From the IMG/VR virus record IMGVR_UViG_3300009149_000021: a stretch of 16,951 nt of DNA, one strand, 5' to 3'. Position 1 is the first letter of the stretch; every line of letters starts with the position of its first letter. The notes under the pieces are model-generated. The model ran no database searches. It saw only the letters and a program-made list of their open reading frames with translations, and was not told where the DNA came from. Shown one piece after another: positions 16,677-16,951 of the stretch. The stretch is from a virus (lineage: Duplodnaviria; Heunggongvirae; Uroviricota; Caudoviricetes). Position numbers and translations under genes: made by a program.

Positions 16677-16951
16677 ATGTTACTGGAAGACAAAGTACGA
16701 TTGAAGGCCGACGAATATGTACAAGCTATGTCGGTTTTGACATTTCCATTTGTTTACTGGCAAGATGTAGATCCAAATATAATTAGTTTTGCATCCACGT
16801 ATTGTGAATTTTTAACCGGGTTGTATGGTTCAAATAGATTTAAAAGATTATATCGCAATTTTGCACAAGGTTTAAAAAATCAAGAAAAAAATTCTGTTAT
16901 GTTTGATAAAGGAACCGTCAGTCTTGTGAAAAAATATTCAGGTGGTGGTGG
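16677..16951 (+). CDS. Hypothetical protein (partial, runs off the window)
   Basis: Not in the track. AGGAGG SD, then ATG 16677 MLLEDKVRLKADEYVQAMSVLTFPFVYWQ..., open to the edge. Confidence 0.75.
   Translation, partial: MLLEDKVRLKADEYVQAMSVLTFPFVYWQDVDPNIISFASTYCEFLTGLYGSNRFKRLYRNFAQGLKNQEKNSVMFDKGTVSLVKKYSGGG

Noticed and set aside
1-16951. Stop-codon reassignment, as found in some large phages
   Set aside because: TAA, TGA and TAG all end genes directly before the next SD/start, and long ORFs are intact in code 11.
1-16951. CRISPR array, tRNA, intron/intein or transposase
   Set aside because: No spaced repeats, cloverleaf, or integrase/homing-endonuclease motifs were seen on manual reading, which is not exhaustive.

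Overview
AT-rich (roughly 30% GC by eye), densely coded segment of a large tailed dsDNA virus, probably a jumbo or T4-like phage. It uses the standard genetic code and strong GGAGG Shine-Dalgarno (SD) sites. Left arm (minus strand): N-terminus of a T4 gp61-like primase, an RFC/gp44-like clamp loader, two unknowns, a YqgF/RuvX-like RNase H-fold nuclease, a peptide-ligase module (phiEco32-type COOH-NH2 ligase plus ATP-grasp) and a 1087-aa divergent SF2 helicase-like protein. Right arm (plus strand): a degenerate dUTPase-fold protein, several unknowns and a RecA/UvsX recombinase. Best candidate for a new system: the two amide ligases bracket an unannotated 26-aa ORF (MSGFITGAISFVGPLGPCSECEVLLE, 5064-5144) with a near-perfect SD and a perfect 11-bp downstream hairpin. 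A second orphan SD precedes a related AUU-start micro-ORF (SGVTGRIEGR, 3477-3512). This suggests a phage-encoded peptide-modification (RiPP-like or peptide-tagging) system, which is inference. Also seen: a recurrent intergenic TTT-N(0-1)-(A/C)GAGAAC motif (putative phage promoter) and a GC-rich structured leader ahead of the ligase.
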